DNA of 64,000 nt from Massalongia carnosa (Eukaryota), in NCBI GenBank assembly GCA_965645245.1, contig OZ287083.1, positions 372,001 to 436,000 of the forward strand, read 5' to 3'. Below the pieces are notes generated by a model. The model made no database searches, was not told where the DNA came from, and worked only from the letters and a program-made list of their open reading frames with translations. Shown here one piece after another: positions 36,711-48,454 of the stretch. Positions within the stretch are counted from its first letter, which is position 1; every line of letters starts with the position of its first letter. The translations under genes were made by a program, and so were the position numbers.

Positions 36711-38265
36711 GTGAAAATCTGTTTGATTTTTCTTCCTGTTCTTTATCTCGAGGTGCGGAAGGCGCGAGCTGAAGTGGGGCGGAGTCTATTGTGTTTTTAT
36801 TAAAGCAAAGGGTTTGGTGGCGAGCATTGACAGAATTCGGATGGTGGGTTTTCCCCATGGAAGCGCTGGGGTCATTCTTCTCCTGGATAGGTAAGCGTGG
36901 GGGAGTGGTTTTTTAGGAGTCCTGGAAGTGGACGTGGAAAGCATATTGATTCTTTGAACAAATTGTTTTATAATTTTCATTTCTTCCTTTAACCCCCCCT
37001 CAAAAAAACACGGTTTTGCGGTGGGGGGAGGAATCAGAGTAGGGTGTTCGACAAGTCCATTGGTTGGTTGGTTGGCGGGAGGGGAGGAATTACTGAGATT
37101 TGTTTGCATAGGAGATGAGAGACTGTATAGGAGCTTGCGGCTGGAAATACCCCGACCATACATACATAGTTTTCTATTTTTTTTTTCAGTTCAGTTAAAC
37201 CAACCAACCAACCAACCAACCAAACCTTTGCAGACTTCATCCACCGTCCCTCACTATTTGTCTATTCTCTGCCTTGGGGTTCAAGAGTTCAGGCTTTTTG
37301 TATGCGCATGTATGTATATATATGTACCAATCCCCCCCCCCCCCCCCCTTCCTTTTTACTCTCTCCCTATCCATCTATCCATCTCAAAATATGTAGTACT
37401 TTATATAACCACCACCTCTAGTTATATAATTCCCCTCATCTCCCTGAAAATTTTTTCTAACCTACACACACACACACACATAGCACAGCTTTCCGGGAGT
37501 TCCGTTCAACCTACATAAACCAGCTGGTATAGCTAGGCGGCAAGTTCGAGAGATATCTTGTTATCTTGTTTTTTTTTTGGGGGGTTTCGTCATGAACGAA
37601 AAAAAAAACTTTCATTAATTTATTTTATGTATACCAACCAACCAGTCTTTTCTTTGTTTACTTTGTTTCTCCCTGATTCTATCTATCTCTAGTCTTGAAC
37701 CCCGTTCTATTGTCGAGTCACCGAATCATCATGTTCGGCTCGGAGGGTTGGTTGGTGGGAGGAGGGATGAGGATGTTAAGGATTGGAGAGGGGGATGGGG
37801 TGGTGTTGATGATTGTATTGTGCCTGCCGAGGAAACATGAGAATCTCTCATTAATACACTTCGTTGAAGATAAACGCAGAAAAGAAAGGAAGGGAATAGC
37901 TAGAATCTTCTCTACGTGCTCTGCTAATTCACACGTAACTGTACTTAACCTACAATCCTCCTCTCTCAGCCCTTAACCGAACCCCAGGCAAACCTTTTCC
38001 TTCCTCCCTCGGGTGTCTACATACATACATGCGTTTCCTGAGGATACTGTGAGGAGGAAACGTGCACACACACGCCTGGCGGCTATCATTGCATTCTTGA
38101 GACCCCTACGTGCTGTCGAATCAAGAAAAGAAAAAACTCAGTTCCCTGGACGCCATCCCCCCCCTTGCTTTAAGCTTTGAGACTGGGAGTCCGGATATTC
38201 AGAGAATTTTTTTATCTTTTCCCGCACGCATGGCTAGGCTTTCGGTGCTGAGGGATTGTGATTAG

Positions 38266-39003
38266 CTAGATGGCAGAGAAGGAGCCGGGAAGAGGAGGTG
38301 GTGGTAGTGGATCCAAAGTTCGGAGGGGAAGGGATTGGGCAACCGGAAGTGAGGGGGTAGGCGGTGGTGTCGGGCCTGGGGAAAACGGAGTGGTTACATG
38401 GTTGTGGTACTGATAATGTACACTGTGGAAAGTGGTCGGAGTACCTTGGCGGAGCATAGCGCGCTCGTAAGCTTTCTTGCCGATGAAAATTAGGCGCGGC
38501 ATATCGTGGCGAGCGAACTGGTACTTCATGCTGCTAAACGACTTGGTGACTTCGGACCGCCGCGCCCACCACTTCCCCACCTCTTCAAGCAGGTGCTGCA
38601 GGTCGATGTAATTCTTATCGATAGCAATCTCATTGTCGTGCAGCTGGCGCGCCGTCGTCACGCACGATCTCTCCAGCATGATCCTCTGGCGCTTCAGCAG
38701 GATCCCATGCGCATGGGCGGCCTGCAGGCTGCGGAAGGCGGCGTGGAAGTTCTGGTGGCTTTGGTAGTAGTGCTTGCGCGCGTCGATAAGGTAGTCGTAA
38801 CGCTTCAGGTCGTGCTTGTTGGTGAGTTGGGCGCAGAGGGCAATCAGGACGTGTACAAGGTGGTAATCGATGCGTGGGAGAGGCTCCGCCTCGGCCATTG
38901 GGCTGTTCTCGAATCCGGACGCGGCGGCAGGATGTGAGAGCATGATCGTCGATTGAGACTGGCCAGATGAGTCGGCATTAAATTCTTGAAGAAAGGAGGA
39001 CAT
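38266..39003 (-). CDS. Hypothetical protein (245 aa, helical core, Pro-rich C-terminus)
   Basis: ATG-initiated ORF with GC3-rich codon usage; no recognised domain. Confidence 0.55.
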   Translation of the reverse strand: MSSFLQEFNADSSGQSQSTIMLSHPAAASGFENSPMAEAEPLPRIDYHLVHVLIALCAQLTNKHDLKRYDYLIDARKHYYQSHQNFHAAFRSLQAAHAHGILLKRQRIMLERSCVTTARQLHDNEIAIDKNYIDLQHLLEEVGKWWARRSEVTKSFSSMKYQFARHDMPRLIFIGKKAYERAMLRQGTPTTFHSVHYQYHNHVTTPFSPGPTPPPTPSLPVAQSLPLRTLDPLPPPPLPGSFSAI

Positions 39004-39286
39004 AAAGGAAGGCCTTTTACAGATTCAAGATGGACTAGATGTTTCAATAGCAGGAGAACGCGAACATTGACTCTTACGGTGGAAGGACAAGTGGATGTGG
39101 TCGGTAAGGGCACAGAAAGTCAACAAAGTGATAAGAAGGAAACTTGTTGAGAGTGAATTTGGCGCATCACGTCAACACGATCTTGGAAATCGCGGGCAAC
39201 AAGCTCAGTTCTAAGACCGAAACTGGTTCCCTCTTCTGGTTAGTATTTATCTCCATCTTCCCTTCGAACAGCCCGCCAGTCGTAGA

Positions 39287-40497
39287 TCATGAGGAGCCCA
39301 TGGTCTCAACATCTAAAACGCTTGAGCCAATAGCTTGGGCTGGCTCAGCCCAAGGTAAATCCAAATCAATAACCCATGGAGCATTAACGGGACTGTACCT
39401 CCAATCCATAATTGCCGCATTCACGAAAACGGTCTCTTCTCCATATTTCAGAGGCGATCTCCCAGAATTTGAGAGATTTAGATATGCAGAACGTTTCTGC
39501 AAAACCTTAGCGCGAGGTACCTTGATCCCTTTCGAGGTCTGCGTCGACCAGTTCATTCTTTCGCCACCCCAACCCTCATGGATGTGACCAAAACAATGAA
39601 CACGTGGACGACATCTCTGAACAGCACGAAGCAAGTGCTCACAGCCAGCGTCTTCGCCGTTCTTCGTCTTGTCCAGAATCCCGTGTGGTGGCCCATGCGT
39701 CAGCATAATATCGACCTGTGGCCATGCTGGAACTGGATTTAATGCTTTGAATTGAGCAAATGCAGGACTTGGGTTGTAGCGATCTGTGTTACGGGGGTAA
39801 TTGAAAGCCCAAGTGCCGAATTCGGGTTGATACTGAGACGTGTAAATCTGTATATTGTTTAGGCTTAAGAGAGTCTTGGAGTGCACGAAAATAGGAAAGG
39901 AGACATAGACATGACAATGCATACGTAGCAACGTAAGCGCAACTGCGCATTGGAATTCCTTGGCAGGGGATGACCTACCGTAAACTTCGCTCCACTTCTT
40001 AACTGAAATGTTTTAGTACCCTCTTCCAGATATATTATACCAGCTTGTTTCGCTTTCCAGCCAGTCCACATATCTCTCACCTTGGTCAGGTCTTCGGGCG
40101 TGTATGGGTGGAACGTCTTTCCAGCTTCTCTGTAGAAATCCTCGTCAAGCGTAATATCATGATTCCCGGCAATGACAATCTTCAGCTCAGCGTCTGCTGC
40201 TTCGAGCACATCTATCATTAGTTGGTATTCCTCTGCTTGGCCTGTCATTGTGAGATCCCCCGCATGAAGAAGAATATCTGCCGTGGGTAGCGGTTGACGG
40301 TAGGCATAGTCGGGGGAGTTCTCAGGCCGAGGAGCATGGGTGTGAGTGTCGGAGATGATGCAGAGACGAGTCTTTACCGTCCTCTGGACCGGGCTCATCT
40401 TGGAGCAGTGATCAAGGGAAGACAGATGAGCCTTTTGTTTGCGGCTGTTGCGGAAGATTTTGGAGCTGAATCTGTGAAAGATTTTCAAGATACCCAT
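39287..40497 (-). CDS. Calcineurin-like metallophosphoesterase (MPPED-like)
   Basis: IISDTH, LHAGDLT, IAGNHD, LTHGPP, HCFGHIHEG, FVNAA; intron 39978-39848. The start could instead be the second Met (MSPVQRTVKT). Confidence 0.9.
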
Positions 40498-40751
40498 TCA
40501 CGTCTACAAAATCTGGGATGAAGCAATAATATCAGTCTGCGGAAGAATATATTCCGAAGTTCTTACCTCATTGTCTACAAATGGTCCAATTCATTCAAAA
40601 CGGCTCCTTTAGTCAAAGCTCTAAGTTGATGCACAGCTGCAGAAATGACAAACATGAATTGTGACGTTTTTGATATGGCCCGCAAACATTATTGAGGGAC
40701 CATACTGCCATTGCCACAACATCTGTTGTGTTCCACAAAGCTAAACCAGCT

Positions 40752-41415
40752 TTACTTTCTGATTGCCCGCTGGTAGAATGCAAGCTCCTCCCCTTCTAGA
40801 ACATAGCCATCCACACGCCCACACTGCCCAGGCCTTGAAGAAACCACAGCGTACAAACGACCGGCTTCAAATTGGCGCTCCAACGCGGGATCCACCTTGC
40901 CCTGTGCAGCGAACCGAGCCGCCTGCTTCTTCTCCACACTCTTGCTCTTCTTCTTGTCCTCTGCGCCCTCGGCAGGTGCAGCTTTCTGCTGACGTCTTCT
41001 CCCTAAACCCTGCCCGTAGTGTGCCTCAAACCATTGTCGGAAAGGTGCAGCGTCCACTTGAACGACGGCGGATTTTGTAAGGGTGTTGGTACGGACGAGC
41101 TCGTTATTCGAAGGATGAAACGACACAGAGATGACGCGAACTTTACGAGCTATTCCTTCTGAACCCCAAGAGAAATTGCCCGAATCTAGACGTAGTGCGC
41201 GGTGCTTGGTATTCCCCCCACGGACGCGGACAAGATGGATACGCTTTGCTCCGATACGGGTATTGGCTGGCTGACGACCTTTTTCGAAGGCCCTAAATCG
41301 ATCAGCAATATTATCCTGGAAGTAAACCTTATGAGCAATACCTTTTCTTGCGATAAAATGCGCGCTTCGCACCAGTCGCTGAACGCTTGTGGCGTGAGTC
41401 TCGTGAAATACCCAT
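40752..41415 (-). CDS. RPS8: 40S ribosomal protein S8 (eS8)
   Basis: MGISRDSRHKRSATGAKRAFYRKKR|AFEKGRQPANTRIG...ALRLDSGNFSWGSE...SSRPGQCGRVDGYVLEGEEL; one coding intron near 41341-41293. Confidence 0.97.
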
Positions 41416-42357
41416 GATTGCAGTAAGTTCGAGACGACTAGGAGGGCAGAAAGTAAGCGGTTGTTCGAATTTCCTGCATTGTTCTAGATTCAGCAGCAGC
41501 TAAAGAAGTTATAACGGCTTGAAGCGCCTGTCGAGCTGGGTATACGGGTCCTAATTGCAATGCAAGCTACGGCGCGCTGGAGCGAAGACTCCCATTCCAA
41601 CAGCTCCAATATAGATGACAAGTTTAACAAGATAAAAAGCAGTTACCTTTTCAAATCAGTCGCCCACCAGCGCAGTCAGGAATCGGCTTCGGTATGGTGG
41701 TGGAATTGGTTGTGCGCGTTCCCAGATGGTATTTCAGGATCTTGAATTTCAGTGTGCCCTACTCGCTTAGCGCAATCCTCACGTAACGTTAGTGGCGCCA
41801 ACTCACTAGCTTGAATGACTCCGTGAAACAAAGTATATTTCATTTTGAAGTTGGAGAAGAGCTATCTATATACCTCTCTTTTAACATTGACTATGAGTGT
41901 ACAACATACATTGGCTATGGGTGTTGTAGAAACTCGATTTCTTACACTAAGTTTTAATCGTATAAAGAATTGGCCTCGAACTGCACAGGGAGCTCGGGCT
42001 GATTTCTTGACCATTTTATTAGCAACTACCCATATTACATCGTGCTTTACAAATGATATTAAAGCAGAAAACCAGTTATCTGTGCTCAGGGGTCATGAAA
42101 CCTTATACGAAGACATCTTGTAACTTTTCATGGCTTGAATCCTTTTTCTCTCCAAAACACATATCTAAACTCGTACATAGTACTAAGTCTTGAATCTAGA
42201 GATCGCGAGCTCGAGCCTAGGAACTATAGGGCAGAAAAGCGACAGCAGCCATAGCGGCCTGGTCAACCCAAGCAGTTACAAGGGCAAATGTACCGATGAG
42301 TGGCATTAGATCCAACAGTGCTTCAAAATAATAATTCAAGGCAATTTCCTTCAACTA

Positions 42358-43035
42358 TTAGTGCTTCAACTTAGACTTCTTAACTTCTTCTTCCTGTACG
42401 ATAGCATCAAATCTAAGAAGAACTCCGTAGCCCTCAGTGAAACTATTGAACATCCATTTCCACCAGAGCCCGCTGAACCTTGGGACGGTATGTTTCTGCA
42501 ATCGAGTTTGCTCCAAATATATAGCTTCACCCAGATGCACAGCAATCATAATGCCAAAAAGCACGGGTTGTATTTCGAAGCACCACCGCGCGAATTCAGG
42601 GCAGTAAACCAAAAGGTTATCGTAGAGGAATGACCCTGCTTGAAGATTCGACCGTCTGGAAAACACAATCAATACACAGAATACCGTGATAAAAACTACC
42701 AATGAGAATCCAGTTGGCTTTCTATATTCCTTCACTGTGATGTGTGACCTTTTCAAACTAGCGACTGCCTCGGAGTCCATAGCAACCACCCTTGGACGAG
42801 CATCGGCCCAGGAGTTCAAGGGAGGGTTGATCGGTATCGTATGGGAAGATTCACTGCTGGAGGTTATGACGAGCGAATCGAAGGTTATGTCTATCAGGTG
42901 TGCCTGACGAGAAGAAAAGGATGAAAGGCGGCAAAAGTACTCGAGATAGCGGATGAGAGAGTCTTGGTGGTCATTGTTCATGTGCGTAATTATCCTCTGC
43001 TTAGCAGCTGCATCCTTACTTGCCGAATCTGCCAT
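42358..43035 (-). CDS. DUF2470-domain integral membrane protein
   Basis: RIITHMNNDHQDSL (DUF2470-like N-terminus) followed by hydrophobic helices and WWKWMFNSFTEG. Confidence 0.8.
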   Translation of the reverse strand: MADSASKDAAAKQRIITHMNNDHQDSLIRYLEYFCRLSSFSSRQAHLIDITFDSLVITSSSESSHTIPINPPLNSWADARPRVVAMDSEAVASLKRSHITVKEYRKPTGFSLVVFITVFCVLIVFSRRSNLQAGSFLYDNLLVYCPEFARWCFEIQPVLFGIMIAVHLGEAIYLEQTRLQKHTVPRFSGLWWKWMFNSFTEGYGVLLRFDAIVQEEEVKKSKLKH

Positions 43036-43924
43036 GTCCACCCTGTTCTTACTGTCGATGTGTAAAGGAAAGGTTGAGACTAAAATCAGAAGTTATGTTG
43101 GCTGTTGATATAAGGTCGCTTTAACTAAGTTAAGTTAACGTTATTTAGCTCGAAGTGCTCTATTGTTAGATTGAATCCTTAGCTTGACATATAACTTCTT
43201 CCCATCTAACTATCCTCTATCGTGGTACACCTTGAAAGAGACATGATGTGGAATGTCTGCACACGAGATTAACAGTTTGCTCGCTATGTCGGCTGGTAAA
43301 ACGACGACCGATTCGTGTCGCCTTTCTTGAAATTGCGGATGAGATCCAAGCAAGTTCTTTCCGCTCGTACGTTTCGTTTCATGACTTCGGAGTAATACTC
43401 TTTATGACTTGGATTCATTTTCATACTTGGATTAGCACCCCGGTTGGACGACAAGAAACATTTCTCTTCGACTTCCATATGTGTCAGTCGGGTTTGATGT
43501 TTTGATGTTGATGCAGCAGGTTCTCGCTTTACTTTTGGCGGGGGTTGGGTTGTTCAAGATGGGGCGGCTTGCCACATGACTGTTCGGGAAAGTATCGTTG
43601 TAATGTTTTATCCACAGGTTACGTTTCAGCATCGATATGCGAGAACTTACACGTCATCAAGCCAGGCTAGACACGATGAGGTTCGTCACTGTTTGGAAAT
43701 GCAAATACAGAATATGGCAAGCTAAACACTGTGTGCTTACTCGGACTGGACATTATAACCTCCATCTCTGGCTGTTGCATCTATAGGCGAAAGAAATACG
43801 TACTGGACTTTTTGGGGGTTTTTATAGGGTGGTGTTGCCTTTTCTCTGAAGAATGTGCATTTTTAGCTATGCAGCTACCGGTGAGATTTAAAATTCAAGT
43901 ACTTGGCAAACAGCCTCTCCAAAC

Positions 43925-44789
43925 ATGAGGACTTTCATCTCAGTATTTATTTTATTTTTACCCTTAGTATTACCGTTGGCTATTCCGTATACTCCACGAG
44001 AAACAAGAACCGAGCAATTATTGAGACTGTCGAGACTTGTCGAACCTCGCAGCCTAGACGGGTCCACTCGAGAAGCGATCTTATTCGAGGATCTCCATCG
44101 TGCATTAAAAGCCCAAGGAAAAGCGAGATCATGTTCCCCCCAAATCTTCCGGTGAGTCCCCTAACGCCTTAGGTACGCTGCCAAAACTCAACCTGACGGT
44201 TCCGGGAAATCCATTCTTCGCCAGCCACGGACGCCCCTTTATCAGCCATGGTCCGGTGATTGTATCCAGATCCGTGCGCGAAAACCGATCATCTTCCTCC
44301 AGAAGTCACCATATACATCCCACCGGGACAAAGCTCCATCACTATAGCCTGTTAAGAAGTCCAGCGCCTCTGCACAGATTTCCTCACCGGTTTCCTCCCG
44401 GATTTCCATGGCACAATACATCCAGACATCATGCGAATGGCAGTCATCATAGGGTTGAGGATATGGGTGGTCGGTTAACGCCTCTCGTGGAGTGGATTGA
44501 TAGCAACAGCGATTCCGTTGTCTCGATCCTGCAGGAATATATCGAGTTCTATATTTCTAGCGTCAGCAGCGCCCGTGCTCCCCAAGAAACCCCGGTTCCT
44601 GAATTGATTAACGCCAATGGCAACTTCATCCCTCCAGCTTCTCTCAACCCGTCCATTACTCTCCCTCACCGTCTTCCACCTCTTCCTCTCCTCCCAGCTC
44701 CACCAGCGATGATGCAGCAGACTACAGGAAAGCACCCACGGCGCAGAACCCTGGGTTCAAAGGGGCCACGGAGAAGACGAATGGACTAG
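43925..44789 (+). CDS. Putative secreted orphan protein
   Basis: Signal peptide MRTFISVFILFLPLVLPLA-IP. A GTGAGT donor at 44152, CTGAC branch and CAG at 44224 join in frame to ORF 44256-44789. Confidence 0.55.
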
Positions 44790-45525
44790 AGGACTAAAAG
44801 ACAAAGGAGTATTCATGAAGAAGCAGTATCTTGGACTTGTCACTTCCCTGAAGAGCGTGGCGATTGATAGTGGCGTATCTGGAACCATTTAATCTAAACA
44901 GCACATTTTTCTCTTTTTTTCCTTTCTCCTTGGTTCCCTCAAAGAAGAAAAACCCAAACGTATTCCCGAAACCTGTCTTCACCACTTCCCCTTTCCCTTC
45001 CTATCCTACTAAAAAAAATATTAAAAAAAGCCCCCTACAATCCCACCCGAAAACCCGCGTTCCGCCTTTCCCCCTTCTTCTTCTTCTTCTTCTTCTTCAC
45101 ACACGCACTTCTCAAAAACAACCTATCTACCCTTACAACCCCCCCCAAAGACAAGAACTAAACCAGAAGCAGCAGCCAGCATCCCTCAACCTCGCACGTC
45201 TCCATAGAGCTTAACAAATCGGCCAAAACCCCCCCCCCCCAAACCACCCAACCACAAAAAAAAACCACTTTACCCCAATAATATTGCCCATCCCGAATAA
45301 TCAACAACCACCAATCGCCAATACGCTCCCCATTTCCCGAGATCGTTATTGTTTTCGTACTCTTGCATAACAGTTTCCCAATCCCAATCCCCTCTCTTCT
45401 TCCTTCCTTCCTTCCTTTCCCCTCATATGTAATAAGTAGTTAGCACACGCATGTATGCACACATAACACCCACACATGACCGACCCTTCTCTCCAAAATC
45501 CCAAGTCCCGAGTCCGGCTCTCCGA

Positions 45526-45553
45526 CTCAGTCAGGCGCGCGCGCCTGACTGAG
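45526..45553. repeat. Perfect 28-bp palindrome with a (CG)4 core
   Basis: CTCAGTCAGG-CGCGCGCG-CCTGACTGAG, read directly. Confidence 0.95.
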
Positions 45554-47861
45554 CGTGAGCTGGATTGGGGAATAATCTCTGTATGATGGGCTTGTTATGG
45601 TTGATTTGTCTCTTAATCGTCCCTCTCTCTCTCTCTCTCTCCCCACACACACACACACACACAGAGACAGAGAGAGAGGGAGAGAGAGGAATGTCTACGC
45701 GATTCCCATCCCCTCATCCTCACTTTCATGCTTACAGTTAATTAAATTTCCATTAACTCATTACCCCCTACCCCTTTTGGCCCTCGTGATCCGCTTTAGT
45801 GCGACTCAACTCAATTTGTTCGTTCATTCCCTTTTTCGATCTTCGTCTTGCTGCTAGCTAAATCCCCTCTCTCAGCCTCTCTCTCAACCTATGTACGTAT
45901 GTGTACCCCCCTAACCCCCCCAAAACCAAACCGAATCTAAGCCTAGGTAAGTAAGTAAAACCAGCCAATCATTCCCGATGCACTCACTCACTCGCCCATC
46001 GAAAATCTTTCCTTCCCCCCCCCCCCACCTTCCGAATTCGACCTTTGATGACAAAAACGCTTAACTACATACAACCTTCAGAGTACTATAACTCCCCCAT
46101 TCCAAAAACCCGATCCCCCAATCCCCCGATCCCCCGATCCCCCGATCCTGCCAGTCAGTCAGTCAGCAAGAGCTGGGGTTTCTCGAACTGGTTTAGTTCG
46201 TTTACAGAGTATAACCTCAGCACTAGCTTAATGTAGCTCGGTTAGTTAATCCAAAAAGTCAAACGGGCGGCCCTACGAAGTACTTCTAACAAAATTGATC
46301 CATTAGGTATGGTTGATGCGTGAATCAGCAGCCACTCCGAACCGAAACGGCGGTGGATATGTACGGAGTAACTTAACTCACTGGATTAAGTAGTTACCGT
46401 CGGGCCGGTTAGGCCTAACTGCATAACTAGCCGTGGTTTATTGCGGCTGGCTGTCCAACAAAACGTAGCAACTCATGTAACTCCGTGTATCCAGGTAGTT
46501 ACTCGTTCGTACCTACACAGTACACCTATTTTCCCTACGTAACCCAACCCTCTCACCTCCCCCCTACATTAATTACTCCATAGCATGATGATGATGCAGC
46601 AACTAGTTATTATATGCACCTAACCGAGAGAAACGAAATAGAAACGAAACGGAACTCAAGCGAAACAAATCAGCACATAAACAAAACAACCAACGAACGA
46701 ACGAGGTGGAATGATCCCGAAAACGAATTGGGTGGGAAGAGAGATGTTCAGAGTAGTTATGTCCCAAAAAGGTAGAAAGGAGATGCTCTGGACTCGGTAC
46801 AGAGTACTCCGTACTCTAGAAGTATCCATCCACCTATTCCATAAGCTCTCTATCCCTTACAGTACTACTGACATATCATTGTATCCTCGTACAATACTCT
46901 GTACATACTTGATTTGATGTACGGAGTACTATCACTCCTCCGGAAGAGCATGTACTCCAGCCAGTATGTACCTCGCACATAATCTAGACGACATAGTACA
47001 TACGTATCCCCACGATTCCTTCTCAACTCCCAACTCCCATAGTTGCCTAGTTTCATCCATCCTCCCCTCCTCCCCCTCTTCCCCTCTTCCCCTCTTCCTC
47101 TCTTCCTCTCTTCCCCTCTTCTACCCCTTCTACCCCCCCTCCCACAAACAAGCACCAACAACCTATCCATCTCCCAAATAAGTCTCTCTATAACTATTTA
47201 CAGAAAAAGGACAAAAGTCCAGCGGGATTTTCCGAGTAGGCGAGTCAAGTCACATACCTAGATGTAGAAGTGCCTACCATATAAAAAAAAAAAACAAGTG
47301 GACTTTGCATTACAGAGTACTCCGTACAGAAGTGATGCCACATCCTCCCTCCCGCACCAATTGTTATCTTCCGAACCAACCGGGCTAACGCATCCTTGGA
47401 TGCATGCATGCGGCATGCATTTGCGTTGCATAAGATAAAATATGCACGCATTCATGCGCCCCGCTGAGTCAAACCCGCGCCCCTCCCATAACCTATTTCC
47501 ATTTCGGGTATAGTGCAGCAGAGAGACGGACGTACCTAGCACCTGGCTAAGTGGGGTGCTATGGATGAATGGTGGGTGGATGGTAAGTGACGACACGGAA
47601 AGGAACGAAATCATGAATTCAGTAGATGAATTCAGTAGATGAATTGTTCAAAGCGACGGTGTTGATGTGTCGGGCAGCGTCGAAAACCGGTGCGGGGTTT
47701 TGGGGCTCGCAGTGGTGGAGGTTACATTGCCATATGCTTATGAACAACAATTTGATGAAGATTGGGGGAGAGGAGGCCGTGGTTTTTGAAACGTACTGTG
47801 ACCGTGCATTCTGTCCACTGACAGTAGGTGGAAGGAAGGAAATGAAGAGAAAGTAGGTGAG

Positions 47862-47987
47862 CGGGAGATTTTGGCATCGGGAGATTTTTGCATCGGGAGA
47901 TTTTTGCATCGGGAGATTTTTGCATCGGGAGATTTTGTATCGGGAGATTTTTGCATCGGAAGATTTTTGCATCGGGAGATTTTTGAT
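47862..47987. repeat. Tandem array of 8 copies of the 16-bp unit CGGGAGATTTTTGCAT
   Basis: Four exact units and four slight variants, with no spacers. Confidence 0.97.
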
Positions 47988-48454
47988 CCGGAGGGGGCGC
48001 CATTGAAGAAACAATATATACCAGAAGCTCGATTTTCCCACCTCCATCCATCCTCTATCGTATTCGAAACGAGAGTTGTTGGACTTCTGAGAAAGCACGT
48101 AGGATTATATAAGTCTAAGAGGAAAAAGGTATCCGTAGCGGCTTGTACCTCCGATCCAGAGAGTGTCGATGCGCGAGATGTAATGCCTCATGCCAAAGTT
48201 TACCTCCCTGAGACATGAATGAACGTCCTATATAAAATCCGTTCCTTAACACCTGTCTAAGACCCGGTGATAAAACAAAAGGCACCCCTGAATGAGTAGC
48301 CATCGAAAACAAACCCCAATGCACGAAGGCCTGGAGGCAAGGCTGTCGGGATGATCCACCTTGTCCCCTTATCTTGAAATAAATCAATAAAATCTAGATC
48401 GATCGAGTTGACCCCAAACGATCAACATCAATCTTTTCCGCTCCTGTCAGACCT

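Noticed and set aside
39012..39020. GCCTTTTAC, the U5 snRNA loop I sequence
   Set aside because: The flanks form no stem and there is no Sm site; it lies in the leader of a protein gene.
47862..47987. CRISPR-like array
   Set aside because: The units are contiguous with no unique spacers, there are no cas genes, and the context is eukaryotic.
47619..48218. ORFs with repeated KNLPMQKSPDAKISRC peptides
   Set aside because: Translation artefacts of the 16-bp DNA array, whose unit length is not a multiple of 3.
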